Source: Candidatus Eiseniibacteriota bacterium (GTDB lineage: Bacteria > Eisenbacteria > RBG-16-71-46). Taken from it: 64,000 nucleotides of DNA. Positions within the stretch are counted from its first letter, which is position 1. Each line of letters begins with the position of its first letter. Shown one piece after another: positions 50,828-59,726 of this stretch. Below the pieces are notes generated by a model that was not told where the DNA came from, did not search any database, and was given only the letters and a program-made list of their open reading frames with translations. The stretch lies in assembly GCA_963725865.1 (NCBI GenBank), contig CAVSAC010000012.1, forward strand, positions 960,001 through 1,024,000, read 5' to 3'. The position numbers and the translations under genes are program-made.

Positions 50828-52195
50828 ATGAGCCCGCGCTTCGAGCGCCGCGTCGCGCTTCCCGTGAGCGCGGCCGCGGCGTTCGACTGGCACGCCCGCC
50901 CGGGCGCGTTCGAGCGACTCGAGCCGCCGTGGGATCCGGTGCGGGTGCTGCAGCGCTCCGGCGGGATCGAACCCGGCGCGCGCGTCACGCTCGCCGTCGG
51001 CCCGCTGCGCCAGCGCTGGACGCTCGAGCACCGTGACACCGAGCGCGGCGTGCGGTTCCGCGACGTCCAGGTGGCGGGACCCTTCGCGCGCTGGTCGCAC
51101 GAGCACGCGTTCGCGCCCGCCGGCGCGCACGCGTGCACGCTGACCGACGCGATCGACTTCGCGCTGCCGGCCGCGCTGGCGCCCGCCACCCCGTGGGTGC
51201 GCGGCCAGCTCGCGCGCCTGTTCGCGTACCGCCAGCGCGTCACCGCCGACGACCTCGCGATGCACGACGCCGCGGCGGCCGCCCCGATGACGGTGCTGGT
51301 GAGCGGTGCGAGCGGGCTGCTGGGCGCCGCGCTGGTGCCGCTGCTCACCACCGGCGGGCACGCCGTGCGCCGTCTCGGCCGCGGGTCCGCGGCGGCGGGG
51401 GACGCGCGCTGGGATCCCGACGCCGGCACGCTCGATCCGGCGGCGCTCGCGGGCGTGGACGCGGTGGTGCACCTGGCGGGCGCGAGCGTGGCGCAACGCT
51501 GGACGCCCGCGGCGCGCGAACGCATCCTCGCGAGCCGCGTCCGCGGCACGCGCCTGCTGGCGGAAACGCTCGCGCGGCTGCCGCACCCGCCGCGGGTGCT
51601 GGTGGCGGCCTCGGCGATCGGGTTCTACGGCGATCGCGGCGACGCGCCGGTCGAGGAGTCCAGCGGCCCCGGCCGCGGGTTCCTCGCCGACGTGGCGCGG
51701 GCGTGGGAGGAGGCCACCGCTCCGGCGACGGCGGCCGGCATCCGGGTGGTGCGCGTCCGCATCGGACTGGTGCTGACGCCGCGGGGCGGGGTGCTCCAGC
51801 AGCTGCGGCTGCCGTTCGCGTTCGGCGCGGGGGGGCCGCTGGGCAGCGGGCGCCAGTGGATGTCGTGGATCGCGCTCGACGACCTGCTCGCGGTCCTGCA
51901 CGCGGCGCTGGTGCGCGACGATCTCGCCGGCCCGGTCAACGCCGTGGCGCCCGGCGCGGTCACCAACCGCGAGTTCGCGCGCGTGCTCGGCGGCGTGATG
52001 GGCCGCCCGGCGCTCGTGCCGGCGCCGGCGTTCGCGCTGCGCGCGCTGCTCGGGCGCGCGTTCGCGGACGACATGGTGCTCGGCGGCGCGCGCGTGCGGC
52101 CGGCGGCGCTCGAGCGCGCCGGCCACCGGTTCCGGTTCCCGGCGCTGGCGGAGGCGCTGCGCCACGTGCTGGGCCGCGCCGCGGGGGACGCGTGA
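50828..52195 (+). CDS. SRPBCC domain plus TIGR01777 epimerase-like oxidoreductase
   Basis: FDWHARPGAFERL.PPW, GPF..W.HEH; GASGLLG, HLAG, SAIGFYG, GRQWMSWI. Confidence 0.88.
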   Translation: MSPRFERRVALPVSAAAAFDWHARPGAFERLEPPWDPVRVLQRSGGIEPGARVTLAVGPLRQRWTLEHRDTERGVRFRDVQVAGPFARWSHEHAFAPAGAHACTLTDAIDFALPAALAPATPWVRGQLARLFAYRQRVTADDLAMHDAAAAAPMTVLVSGASGLLGAALVPLLTTGGHAVRRLGRGSAAAGDARWDPDAGTLDPAALAGVDAVVHLAGASVAQRWTPAARERILASRVRGTRLLAETLARLPHPPRVLVAASAIGFYGDRGDAPVEESSGPGRGFLADVARAWEEATAPATAAGIRVVRVRIGLVLTPRGGVLQQLRLPFAFGAGGPLGSGRQWMSWIALDDLLAVLHAALVRDDLAGPVNAVAPGAVTNREFARVLGGVMGRPALVPAPAFALRALLGRAFADDMVLGGARVRPAALERAGHRFRFPALAEALRHVLGRAAGDA

Positions 52196-52914
52196 GCGCT
52201 GGCGCGCCGCCCTCCGCCGCGCCCGCGGTGCGGCTGGTCGGCGTCACCAAGGCCTTCGGCGCGGGCGCCGCGCGCGTGCTGGCGCTCGACGACCTCTCGC
52301 TCAGCGTGCCGGCCGGGCAGTGCGTGGCGATCGTGGGGCGCAGCGGCTCCGGCAAGAGCACGCTGCTCCACCTGATCGCGGGGCTCGACACGCCGACCGC
52401 CGGCGAAGTATGGGTCGCGGGCCGCGAGCTGGGCCGGCTCGACGACGACGCACTCACCGCGCAACGCCGCACCACGGTCGGCATGGTGCACCAGTTCTTC
52501 GAGCTGCTGCCGACGCTGAGCGCCCGCGAGAACGTGGCGCTCCCCTCGCTGCTGGCGGGCCGGGCGGAGCGCGCGGTGCTGGCGCGCGCCGACGCGCTGC
52601 TGGCCGAGGTGGGGCTGGCCGCGCGCGCGGACGCGCGGCCGCACACGCTCTCGGGCGGCGAGATGCAGCGGGTGGCGATCGCGCGCGCGCTGGTGCACGA
52701 GCCGGCGCTGGTGCTGGCCGACGAGCCGACCGGGAACCTGGACTCGCGCGCCGCGGCCCAGGTGCTTGAGCTGCTGCGCGGGCTCGCGCGGCGCCACGGC
52801 GCCACCGTGCTGCTGGTCACCCACAGCCGCGAGGCGGCGGCGGTGGCGGACCGCGTGGTCGAACTGCGCGACGGGCGCGTGGCGGGCGACCACCCGCCGG
52901 CGGACCCGGCGTGA
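52192..52914 (+). CDS. ABC transporter ATP-binding protein (LolD/MacB-type)
   Basis: GRSGSGKST, LSGGEMQR, LADEPTGNLD, VTH. Confidence 0.95.
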   Translation: MSAGAPPSAAPAVRLVGVTKAFGAGAARVLALDDLSLSVPAGQCVAIVGRSGSGKSTLLHLIAGLDTPTAGEVWVAGRELGRLDDDALTAQRRTTVGMVHQFFELLPTLSARENVALPSLLAGRAERAVLARADALLAEVGLAARADARPHTLSGGEMQRVAIARALVHEPALVLADEPTGNLDSRAAAQVLELLRGLARRHGATVLLVTHSREAAAVADRVVELRDGRVAGDHPPADPA

Positions 52915-55505
52915 GCGCGCTGTTCCGCTGGGTCTCGCTGCGCCATCTGCTGCACGAGCGCACGCGCACCGCGCTCACGGTCGTGGGCGTGGCGCTGGGG
53001 GTCGCGGTGTTCGTCGCGATGCGGCTCGCGAGCCACTCGGCGCTGGCGTCGTTCGCGGACACGGTGGACGCCGTCGCCGGGCGCGCCAACCTCCAGGTCG
53101 CGGGCACCTCCGAGGGCTTCGACGAGCGCGTGTTCCCGTGGGTGCGGACCACGCCCGGGGTCGCGGCGGCGGCGCCGATCGTCCAGCTCTACGCGCCCGC
53201 GCGGATCGCGCGCCGTGCCGCGCCGCTCGACACCGCGAGCGGCCGCGGGCGCTACGACCTCACGATGATGGTGCTGGGCGTCGACGTGTTCGAGGAGCGC
53301 CCGTTCGAGCGCTGGCGCGAGGACGCGCCCACGCGGGCGGCGGCGCTGGAGTTCCTCGCCGATCCGCGCGCCGTGGCGGTGCCGCGCGCGTTCGCCGACC
53401 GCGAGCGGCTGGTCCCCGGGGACACGCTCGAGGTGGTGGCGTCCGGTGTCCCGGTGCCCCTGGTGGTGCGGCGGGTGCTCGCGGCCGAGGGGCTCGGACA
53501 GGCGTTCGGGGGCAACGTCGCGGTGGTGGACATCGCCACCGCGCAGGAGGTGTTCCGGCGCGCGGGCCGGCTCGACCGCATCGACCTGCGCGTGGCGCCC
53601 GGCCGGATGGCCGCGGTGCGCGCGGCGCTGGCGGCGCGCCTGCCGGCCGACGTCGAAGTGGAGACCCCGGCCGGGCGCACCCGCCAGGTCGAGGGCATGG
53701 TGAGCGCGTTCGCGCTCAACCTCACGGCGCTGTCGTTCATCGCGATCTTCGTCGCCACGTTCCTGGTCTTCGACGCGGTGGCGATGGCGGTCGTGCGGCG
53801 CCGGCGCGAGCTCGGCATCCTGCGCTCGCTCGGCGTGACGCGCGCGCGGCTGGTGCGGCTGGTGCTGACGGAGGCGCTGGCGCTCGGCGTCGCGGGCAGC
53901 CTGCTGGGACTCGCGCTGGGCACGCTCATGGCCCGCGGCGCGCTGGCCGCGGTCGCCCGCACGCTCACCGATCTCTACCTGGTCGCGCACACCGACCGGC
54001 TCGCGCACGATCCGGCGACCTACGCGGCGGGCCTGCTGCTCGGGATCGGCAGCGCGCTGGTCTCGGCGCTGATCCCGGCGCTGGAGGCCGCGCGCACGCC
54101 GCCGGCCGCGACCGTGCGCCAGGGTGCCCACCTCGAGGCCGCGCGGATGCCGGTCGCGCGCTGGGCGTGGGGCGGGCTGGCGCTGCTGGCGCTCGCCGCC
54201 GCGGTCTCGTGGTGGACGGTCGCCGAGCGCCAGCCGCTGGGCGGATTCGCGAGCGCGTTCCTGACGCTCGCGGGCTTCTCGCTGCTGGCACCGGCGGCGA
54301 CGCTGCTGGGCGAGCGGGCGGGGGCGCCGCTCGCGCGGCGCCTGTGCGGCATCGAGGGCGCCCTCGGCGCGCGCTTCCTGCGCGAGGCGGTGGCCCGCAC
54401 CAGCGTGGCGGTGGCGGCGCTCATGGTGGCGGTCGGCATGCTGGTGGCGCTCGAGGTGATGGTGGGCTCGTTCCGCCGCACCGTCGACACCTGGGTGCGC
54501 CAGAGCATCCGCGGCGATCTCTACGTGGAGCCGCTCGGGCATCGGCTCAACGGCAGCGCCACCCGGCTGCCGCCGGAGCTGGTGGACGCGGCGCGCGCGC
54601 TGCCGGGCGTGGCGGCGGTCGACACCTACCGCGGCGCGCGCATCCGCTACGAGGGCGCGCTGGTGAGCGCGATCGGGGTCGACCTGGCCGTGCAGCGCGA
54701 CCATGGCCACCTGCGCTTTCTGGCGGGCGATCCGCGCGCCATCCTCGACCGCGCGCGGGCGCGCGGCGAGGCGCTGGTCACCGAGTCGTTCGCGCATCAC
54801 CACCGCGTCCACGCGGGCGACTCGCTCACGCTCGCGACTCCCGGCGGCCGCGCGCGCCTGCGGGTCGCGGGGGTGTTCATCGACTACAGCACCGACGCCG
54901 GCGCCGTCTTCGTGGACCGCGCCGTGTTCGCGCGGCTGTGGCGGGATCCGCGCACCGAGAGCTTCGCGATCTACCTCGCCCCGGGCGCCGACGGCGCCGG
55001 CGTCGCGCGCGCGCTCACGGCCGCCGCGGGACCCGGCCGGCTGCTGGCGGTGACGCCGAACCAGGCGCTGCGCGAGCGGGTGCTGCGGGTGTTCGACCAG
55101 ACGTTCCAGATCACCTACGCGCTCCAGTCGATCGCGATCCTGGTCGCGGTGCTGGGCGTGATCGGCACGCTCACCGCGCTGGTGATCCAGCGCGGGCGCG
55201 AGATCGCGGTGCTGCGCGCGTGCGGTGCGCAGCGCGGGCAGATCCAACGCATGGTGCTGGTGGAGAGCGCGCTGCTCGGGCTGATCGGGGCGGCGCTCGG
55301 CTGCGTCGCGGGGGTGGCGCTGGCGCTCATCCTCGTGCACCTGATCAACCGGCAGTTCTTCGGCTGGTCGCTGACGTTCACGCTGGATCCGTGGGTGCTG
55401 GTCCGCGCGCTGGGGTTGCTCGGCGGCACCGCGACGCTCGCTGGGCTGGTGCCGGCGCGGCTGGCGGCCCGGCGCGTGGCGCGCGAAGCGCTGAGGGTGG
55501 AATGA
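52911..55505 (+). CDS. FtsX/MacB-like double-domain ABC permease
   Basis: Two periplasmic plus FtsX modules: RRRELGILRSLG and REIAVLRACG. Confidence 0.9.
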   Translation: MSALFRWVSLRHLLHERTRTALTVVGVALGVAVFVAMRLASHSALASFADTVDAVAGRANLQVAGTSEGFDERVFPWVRTTPGVAAAAPIVQLYAPARIARRAAPLDTASGRGRYDLTMMVLGVDVFEERPFERWREDAPTRAAALEFLADPRAVAVPRAFADRERLVPGDTLEVVASGVPVPLVVRRVLAAEGLGQAFGGNVAVVDIATAQEVFRRAGRLDRIDLRVAPGRMAAVRAALAARLPADVEVETPAGRTRQVEGMVSAFALNLTALSFIAIFVATFLVFDAVAMAVVRRRRELGILRSLGVTRARLVRLVLTEALALGVAGSLLGLALGTLMARGALAAVARTLTDLYLVAHTDRLAHDPATYAAGLLLGIGSALVSALIPALEAARTPPAATVRQGAHLEAARMPVARWAWGGLALLALAAAVSWWTVAERQPLGGFASAFLTLAGFSLLAPAATLLGERAGAPLARRLCGIEGALGARFLREAVARTSVAVAALMVAVGMLVALEVMVGSFRRTVDTWVRQSIRGDLYVEPLGHRLNGSATRLPPELVDAARALPGVAAVDTYRGARIRYEGALVSAIGVDLAVQRDHGHLRFLAGDPRAILDRARARGEALVTESFAHHHRVHAGDSLTLATPGGRARLRVAGVFIDYSTDAGAVFVDRAVFARLWRDPRTESFAIYLAPGADGAGVARALTAAAGPGRLLAVTPNQALRERVLRVFDQTFQITYALQSIAILVAVLGVIGTLTALVIQRGREIAVLRACGAQRGQIQRMVLVESALLGLIGAALGCVAGVALALILVHLINRQFFGWSLTFTLDPWVLVRALGLLGGTATLAGLVPARLAARRVAREALRVE

Positions 55506-56644
55506 TGCCCCGCGCGTGGGCTCGCGCCCTCCGCGGGTGGGGGGGCGCGCTCGCTGCCGCGCTCGCGCTGTGCGCGGACCTGGCGCTCGCGTCCCCGGCG
55601 CCGGCGGTCGCGGCGGACGGCTGGCGGGAGGTGCGCGCGCCGTACCGCTTCGCGTTCCCCCGCGACCACGCGGCGCACCCCGAGTTCCGCACCGAGTGGT
55701 GGTACTACACCGGCCACCTGCGGGCCGGTGCGCGCACGTTCGGCTACCAGCTCACGTTCTTCCGCGTCGGGCTCGATCGCGCGCGCGCGGCCAGCCCCTC
55801 GGCGTGGGCGCCCCACTCGGTGCTGTTCGCGCACGCCGCGCTCACCGACGAGCGTGGCCGGCGCTTCCACGTCGACGAGCGCATCGCGCGGCCGGCCCTC
55901 GGCCTGGCGGGCGCCGACACCGCGCGCTATCGCGTGTGGGTGGATCGCTGGTCGGCCGCGCTGGCGCCGGACGGCATCACGCACCAGCTGCGGGCCGCGG
56001 CGGAGGACTTCGCGCTCGAGCTCGAGCTCGCCCCGCTCAAGCCGCCCGCCGTCCACGGTCGCGACGGCGTCAGCGTGAAGGCCGCGGGCGCGGGCCACGC
56101 CTCGCACTACTACTCGATCACCCGCCTCGCGACCACCGGCACGATCGCGCTCGGCGCGGACACGCTCGCGGTCGCGGGCACCTCGTGGATGGACCACGAG
56201 TTCATGTCGTCCTCTCTGGCGCCCGGCCAGGTGGGGTGGGACTGGTTCGCGATCACGCTCGACGATGGGCGCGAGCTGATGCTCTACCAGCTGCGGCGGG
56301 CCGACGGCAGCCGCGAGCCGGCCTCGAGCGGTACGCTGGTGCGGCGCGACGGCTCCACGCTCCACGTGCCGGGCACGGCGTGGAGCGTCGAGCCGACGAG
56401 CACGTGGACGAGTCCGCGCAGCGGCGGGCGCTATCCGTCCGGCTGGCTCGTGCGGGTCCCGGGCGAGGGGCTGGAGCTGCGCCTGGAGCCCACGGTGGCG
56501 GACCAGGAGCGGCCGGGCGGCGCCACCGGGGTCACGTACTGGGAGGGCAGCGTGCGCGTGAGCGGCCGCATGCGTGGCGCGGTGGCGAGCGGACGTGGCT
56601 ACGTCGAGCTCACGGGCTACGCCGGTGCCGCGCCGGGGCCGTGA
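55502..56644 (+). CDS. AttH/CrtC-like lipocalin-domain protein, exported
   Basis: FPRDHAAHP.FRTEWWYYTG, GYQLTFFR, SHYYS, WMDHE, GWDWF, YWEG, GYVELTGY. Confidence 0.88.
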   Translation: MMPRAWARALRGWGGALAAALALCADLALASPAPAVAADGWREVRAPYRFAFPRDHAAHPEFRTEWWYYTGHLRAGARTFGYQLTFFRVGLDRARAASPSAWAPHSVLFAHAALTDERGRRFHVDERIARPALGLAGADTARYRVWVDRWSAALAPDGITHQLRAAAEDFALELELAPLKPPAVHGRDGVSVKAAGAGHASHYYSITRLATTGTIALGADTLAVAGTSWMDHEFMSSSLAPGQVGWDWFAITLDDGRELMLYQLRRADGSREPASSGTLVRRDGSTLHVPGTAWSVEPTSTWTSPRSGGRYPSGWLVRVPGEGLELRLEPTVADQERPGGATGVTYWEGSVRVSGRMRGAVASGRGYVELTGYAGAAPGP

Positions 56645-56657
56645 CGGACCTGCTGCC

Positions 56658-56687
56658 TTGACCGGTCGCCGGGCGGGGCACTAGGCT
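56658..56687 (+). promoter_or_regulatory. sigma70-type promoter, leaderless geometry
   Basis: TTGACC-18 bp-TAGGCT, then 7 nt, then ATG; no SD. Confidence 0.6.
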
Positions 56688-56694
56688 GCCGCCG

Positions 56695-57369
56695 ATGCGT
56701 AGCCCCACGTTCGCATGGCCCGCGCTCGCCGTCCTCCTGGCCGCAGTCGTGGCCGGCTGCTCGGCCGGGCCGCCACCCGGCTCGCCGGCGACTCCGCCGC
56801 CCACGGTGGACGCCGATTCGTCGGGGATGAGCTTCGGCCGCTTGCTGAGCGGCTCCGCCGACTCGGTCGGCGCGATCCCCGGCAGCGCCGGCGCGCTCTA
56901 CTACTACCGCTTCAAGCAGATCGAGCCGGGCAGCGACCGCTTCGTGTTCCAGGATCGCGAGCTCTCGTTCTACTTCCGCCCCACGCCCGACGCGCTGTTC
57001 TTCCAGGTCGAGAACCGCACCGACAAGCCGGTGTGGCTGGACTGGGACAAGTGCACGTTCTTCGATCCGCTGGGCAGCTCGAGCCGCGCGGCGCACAGCT
57101 CCACCCAGTACCGCGACCGCTTCGGCAGCCAGCCGGCCACGCAGATCCCCGGGCTGCAGCGCTACAGCGACCACACGTTCCCGATCGACTACATGTTCGA
57201 TCCCTCCGGTAGCGACCGCCAGATCCACCGGGCGCTGCTGCCCGAGGACGAGAACGCGCCGCAGTTCTTCGGGCGCGAGTTCGGCGTCGACCTGGCGTTC
57301 CGGGTCGAGAACCAGCCGCGCTCGTACAGCTTCCGCTTCCGGGTCGCCAGCGTCATCCCCAACCACTGA
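56695..57369 (+). CDS. Hypothetical lipoprotein
   Basis: VAGC lipobox; aromatic beta-rich domain; strong codon bias. Confidence 0.7.
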   Translation: MRSPTFAWPALAVLLAAVVAGCSAGPPPGSPATPPPTVDADSSGMSFGRLLSGSADSVGAIPGSAGALYYYRFKQIEPGSDRFVFQDRELSFYFRPTPDALFFQVENRTDKPVWLDWDKCTFFDPLGSSSRAAHSSTQYRDRFGSQPATQIPGLQRYSDHTFPIDYMFDPSGSDRQIHRALLPEDENAPQFFGREFGVDLAFRVENQPRSYSFRFRVASVIPNH

Positions 57370-59726
57370 TGCGGCCGGTCCGGGCGCTGCCGGCCGCGCT
57401 CGTGCCGCTGCTGATGACGCTGTCCGCGGCGGCCGGCCTCGGGGTCCCTCCACGCTACACGCGCGACCAGATGGAGGGCTCGCTCGGCGAGTCCGCCCGC
57501 TGGTGCGTGGTGTACGGCACGCTCGACCCCGCAGCCACCCCGGTGCTCCGCGAACGAGCGCTGCAGCTCGCGCGGCGCTGGTTCGGCGGCGACTCCAGCG
57601 CGGTGCTCGCCGATCGTGACACGCGCGACGCCGTGCTGGCGGGGGCGAACGTCGCGGTGTTCGGCGGCCCGGCGCAGAACGCGCTCGCGCGCCGCCTCGC
57701 CCCGGCGCTGCCGGTGCGCTTCACGGCGCGAGGCTTCGTGTGGGCGGGTACGGCCTACGAGCGCCCGGGCGACGTCCTGCACCTGGTGTACCCGAGTCCG
57801 CTCGATCCCCACCACTTCCTGCTGCTGACGGCGGGCAACTCGGCCGGGGCACTCGGCCGGCGCGGGACCGGGTTCGGATTCGGGAGCGAGGACTGGCGCA
57901 TCGTGCGCGACGGCGACCTCGCGCGCTCGGGGCGGTTCGCGCAGTCACCGGGCGCGCCGTGGCGCTACGACCCGGCGCTCGACCGCGACCGCGAGCGCGA
58001 ACGCGAACGCTTCGCGGCCGCGCTGCGCACCGCGGGTGGCGGCGCCCTGCGCGTTCGCGGTCCCGCCGGCACGGATCTGGACGCCGCGCGGGCGACCGGC
58101 GAACGGACGCTCGCGGCTCTCGACCGGCTGGGGCTGCGGGCGCCGCGCGGTGCTCCGCCGGTGACGCTCACGCTGTACGCGAGCATCGAGCAGAAGGGGC
58201 TGATGGTGCGCGACACGCGCCCCGGCTCCGTCGACGCGAGCGGCGATGGGCACGCGGCGCCGGTCGCCGGACGCACGGACGTCGAGGGCTGGCCGGTGGC
58301 CGCCGCGCGCCTGGTCGCGCTCGGGGCGCCCGCCGACGCGGCGCTGCTCGAGCCGGCGGGGGTGTGGCTCGCGGACCGCACCGCCGGCGAGCCGCTCGCG
58401 GTCGCGGTGGCGCGCGCCTACGCCGCGCGCCTGCTGCCCAGCGCGGGCACGGTGCTCGCGCGCGCGCCGTGGCGCTCGCCGCTGCAGAGCGTGCCGGCGC
58501 AGGCCGTGCTGCTGCGCGCGCTCGCCGAGTGCGCGGGCGCGCGCGCGCGCGTCGCGGTGCTGGCCGCGCTCGTCGCCGAGCCGCCCGGCACGCTGGACAG
58601 CCTGTGCGCCGCCGCCGGCGTGAGCCCGCGCGCGGTCGAGCGGCGCTACGCGAGCCTCGCCGACTCGCTCGGGCGCGCGGGCGCGGCGGCGGCGCGCGCC
58701 GCCGCACCCCGCGGCTGGCGGCCCGGCCAGGGCTTCATGCGCGGCGTCTGCCTGGCCCACGCGGTGAGCCTCGAGCGCGGCTACGCCTCGCAGGCCTGCG
58801 CGACCGAGCTGGCGCGCCTGCATCGGATGGGCGCCGACTGGGTCTCGCTGACGCCGTTCGCGTACCTGCCCTCGACGCGCTCGCCGGAGCTGTATCCGAG
58901 CGTGGGCGGCGGGCTCGACGAGGAGAGCGACGAAGCGCTCGCCGAGGCCGCGGCGCGCGCGCGCGCGCTCGGCATGCGCGTGATGCTGGTGCCGCACCTG
59001 TGGACGCGCGGCTGGGTCGGCGAGCTCACGCTCGGGCCCGCGGGCTGGACGAGTTTCTTCGCGCAGTACCGCGCGTTCATCCTCCACCACGCGCTGCTGG
59101 CCGAACGCGAGGGGATGGATGGCCTGGTGGTGGGGCACGAGCTGGTCAGCGCCACGCTCGGACACCCGGAGGAATGGCGCTCGATCATCGCCGACGTACG
59201 GCGGGCCTATCACGGCACCGTGATCTACGGCGCCAACTGGGGCGACGAGGTGCGCGGCGTGACGTTCTGGGACGCGGTCGACCTGGTCGGGGTGTCGTTC
59301 TACGAGCCGCTGGCCGCGCGCCCGACCCGTTCGGCGCCGGAGCTGCGCGCCGGCGCCGCGAAGGCGCTCGCGGCGCTGCGCGGGATCGCCGCGCGCACCG
59401 GGCGTCCGGTCGTGCTGCTGGAACTCGGCTATCCGGACTCGCCCGCGGCGATGGTGCGGCCATGGGACGATGGTGGCGCGGGTCCGCCCGACCCCGAAGC
59501 GCAGCGCGCCTGCTACGAGGCGGCGGTCGCGGCGCTCGATCCGGAGGACTGGGTGGCGGGCGCGTTCTGGTGGAAGTGGTTCAGCTCGCCGCTCGGCGAG
59601 AGCGCCGGCGGCCGCACGTTCAGCCCCCGCGGCCTGCCGGCCGAGGCGGTGATGGCGCGCGCGCTGCGGTCGTGGGAGGGGCGGCCGGTGCGCGTGCTCA
59701 GGCCGCCGGCCGCGTCCCCTCGATGA
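57369..59726 (+). CDS. Exported multidomain protein with C-terminal GH113-like TIM barrel
   Basis: VSLTPF, MLVPHLW, VGHELV, YGANW, VSFYEPL, LELGY, FWWKW. Confidence 0.7.
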   Translation: MRPVRALPAALVPLLMTLSAAAGLGVPPRYTRDQMEGSLGESARWCVVYGTLDPAATPVLRERALQLARRWFGGDSSAVLADRDTRDAVLAGANVAVFGGPAQNALARRLAPALPVRFTARGFVWAGTAYERPGDVLHLVYPSPLDPHHFLLLTAGNSAGALGRRGTGFGFGSEDWRIVRDGDLARSGRFAQSPGAPWRYDPALDRDRERERERFAAALRTAGGGALRVRGPAGTDLDAARATGERTLAALDRLGLRAPRGAPPVTLTLYASIEQKGLMVRDTRPGSVDASGDGHAAPVAGRTDVEGWPVAAARLVALGAPADAALLEPAGVWLADRTAGEPLAVAVARAYAARLLPSAGTVLARAPWRSPLQSVPAQAVLLRALAECAGARARVAVLAALVAEPPGTLDSLCAAAGVSPRAVERRYASLADSLGRAGAAAARAAAPRGWRPGQGFMRGVCLAHAVSLERGYASQACATELARLHRMGADWVSLTPFAYLPSTRSPELYPSVGGGLDEESDEALAEAAARARALGMRVMLVPHLWTRGWVGELTLGPAGWTSFFAQYRAFILHHALLAEREGMDGLVVGHELVSATLGHPEEWRSIIADVRRAYHGTVIYGANWGDEVRGVTFWDAVDLVGVSFYEPLAARPTRSAPELRAGAAKALAALRGIAARTGRPVVLLELGYPDSPAAMVRPWDDGGAGPPDPEAQRACYEAAVAALDPEDWVAGAFWWKWFSSPLGESAGGRTFSPRGLPAEAVMARALRSWEGRPVRVLRPPAASPR

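Noticed and set aside
51960..55340. 1126-aa antisense ORF, and similar long overlapping ORFs (e.g. 27744-30791, 20387-22990, 38310-40787)
   Set aside because: Arg/Ala/Pro-rich shadows of real genes caused by stop-codon scarcity at high GC; no motifs
52766..56644. 1292-aa ORF suggesting a giant fusion ending in the lipocalin domain
   Set aside because: Upstream part is an off-frame shadow of the permease; real start is ATG 55502/55505 with a signal peptide. The same applies to extended ORFs at 15399, 47355, 43970, 44893 and 11295
50828..56644. SRPBCC-TIGR01777 fusion and ABC-permease-lipocalin trio as a novel system
   Set aside because: Both are previously described, widespread arrangements (AttEFGH-like)
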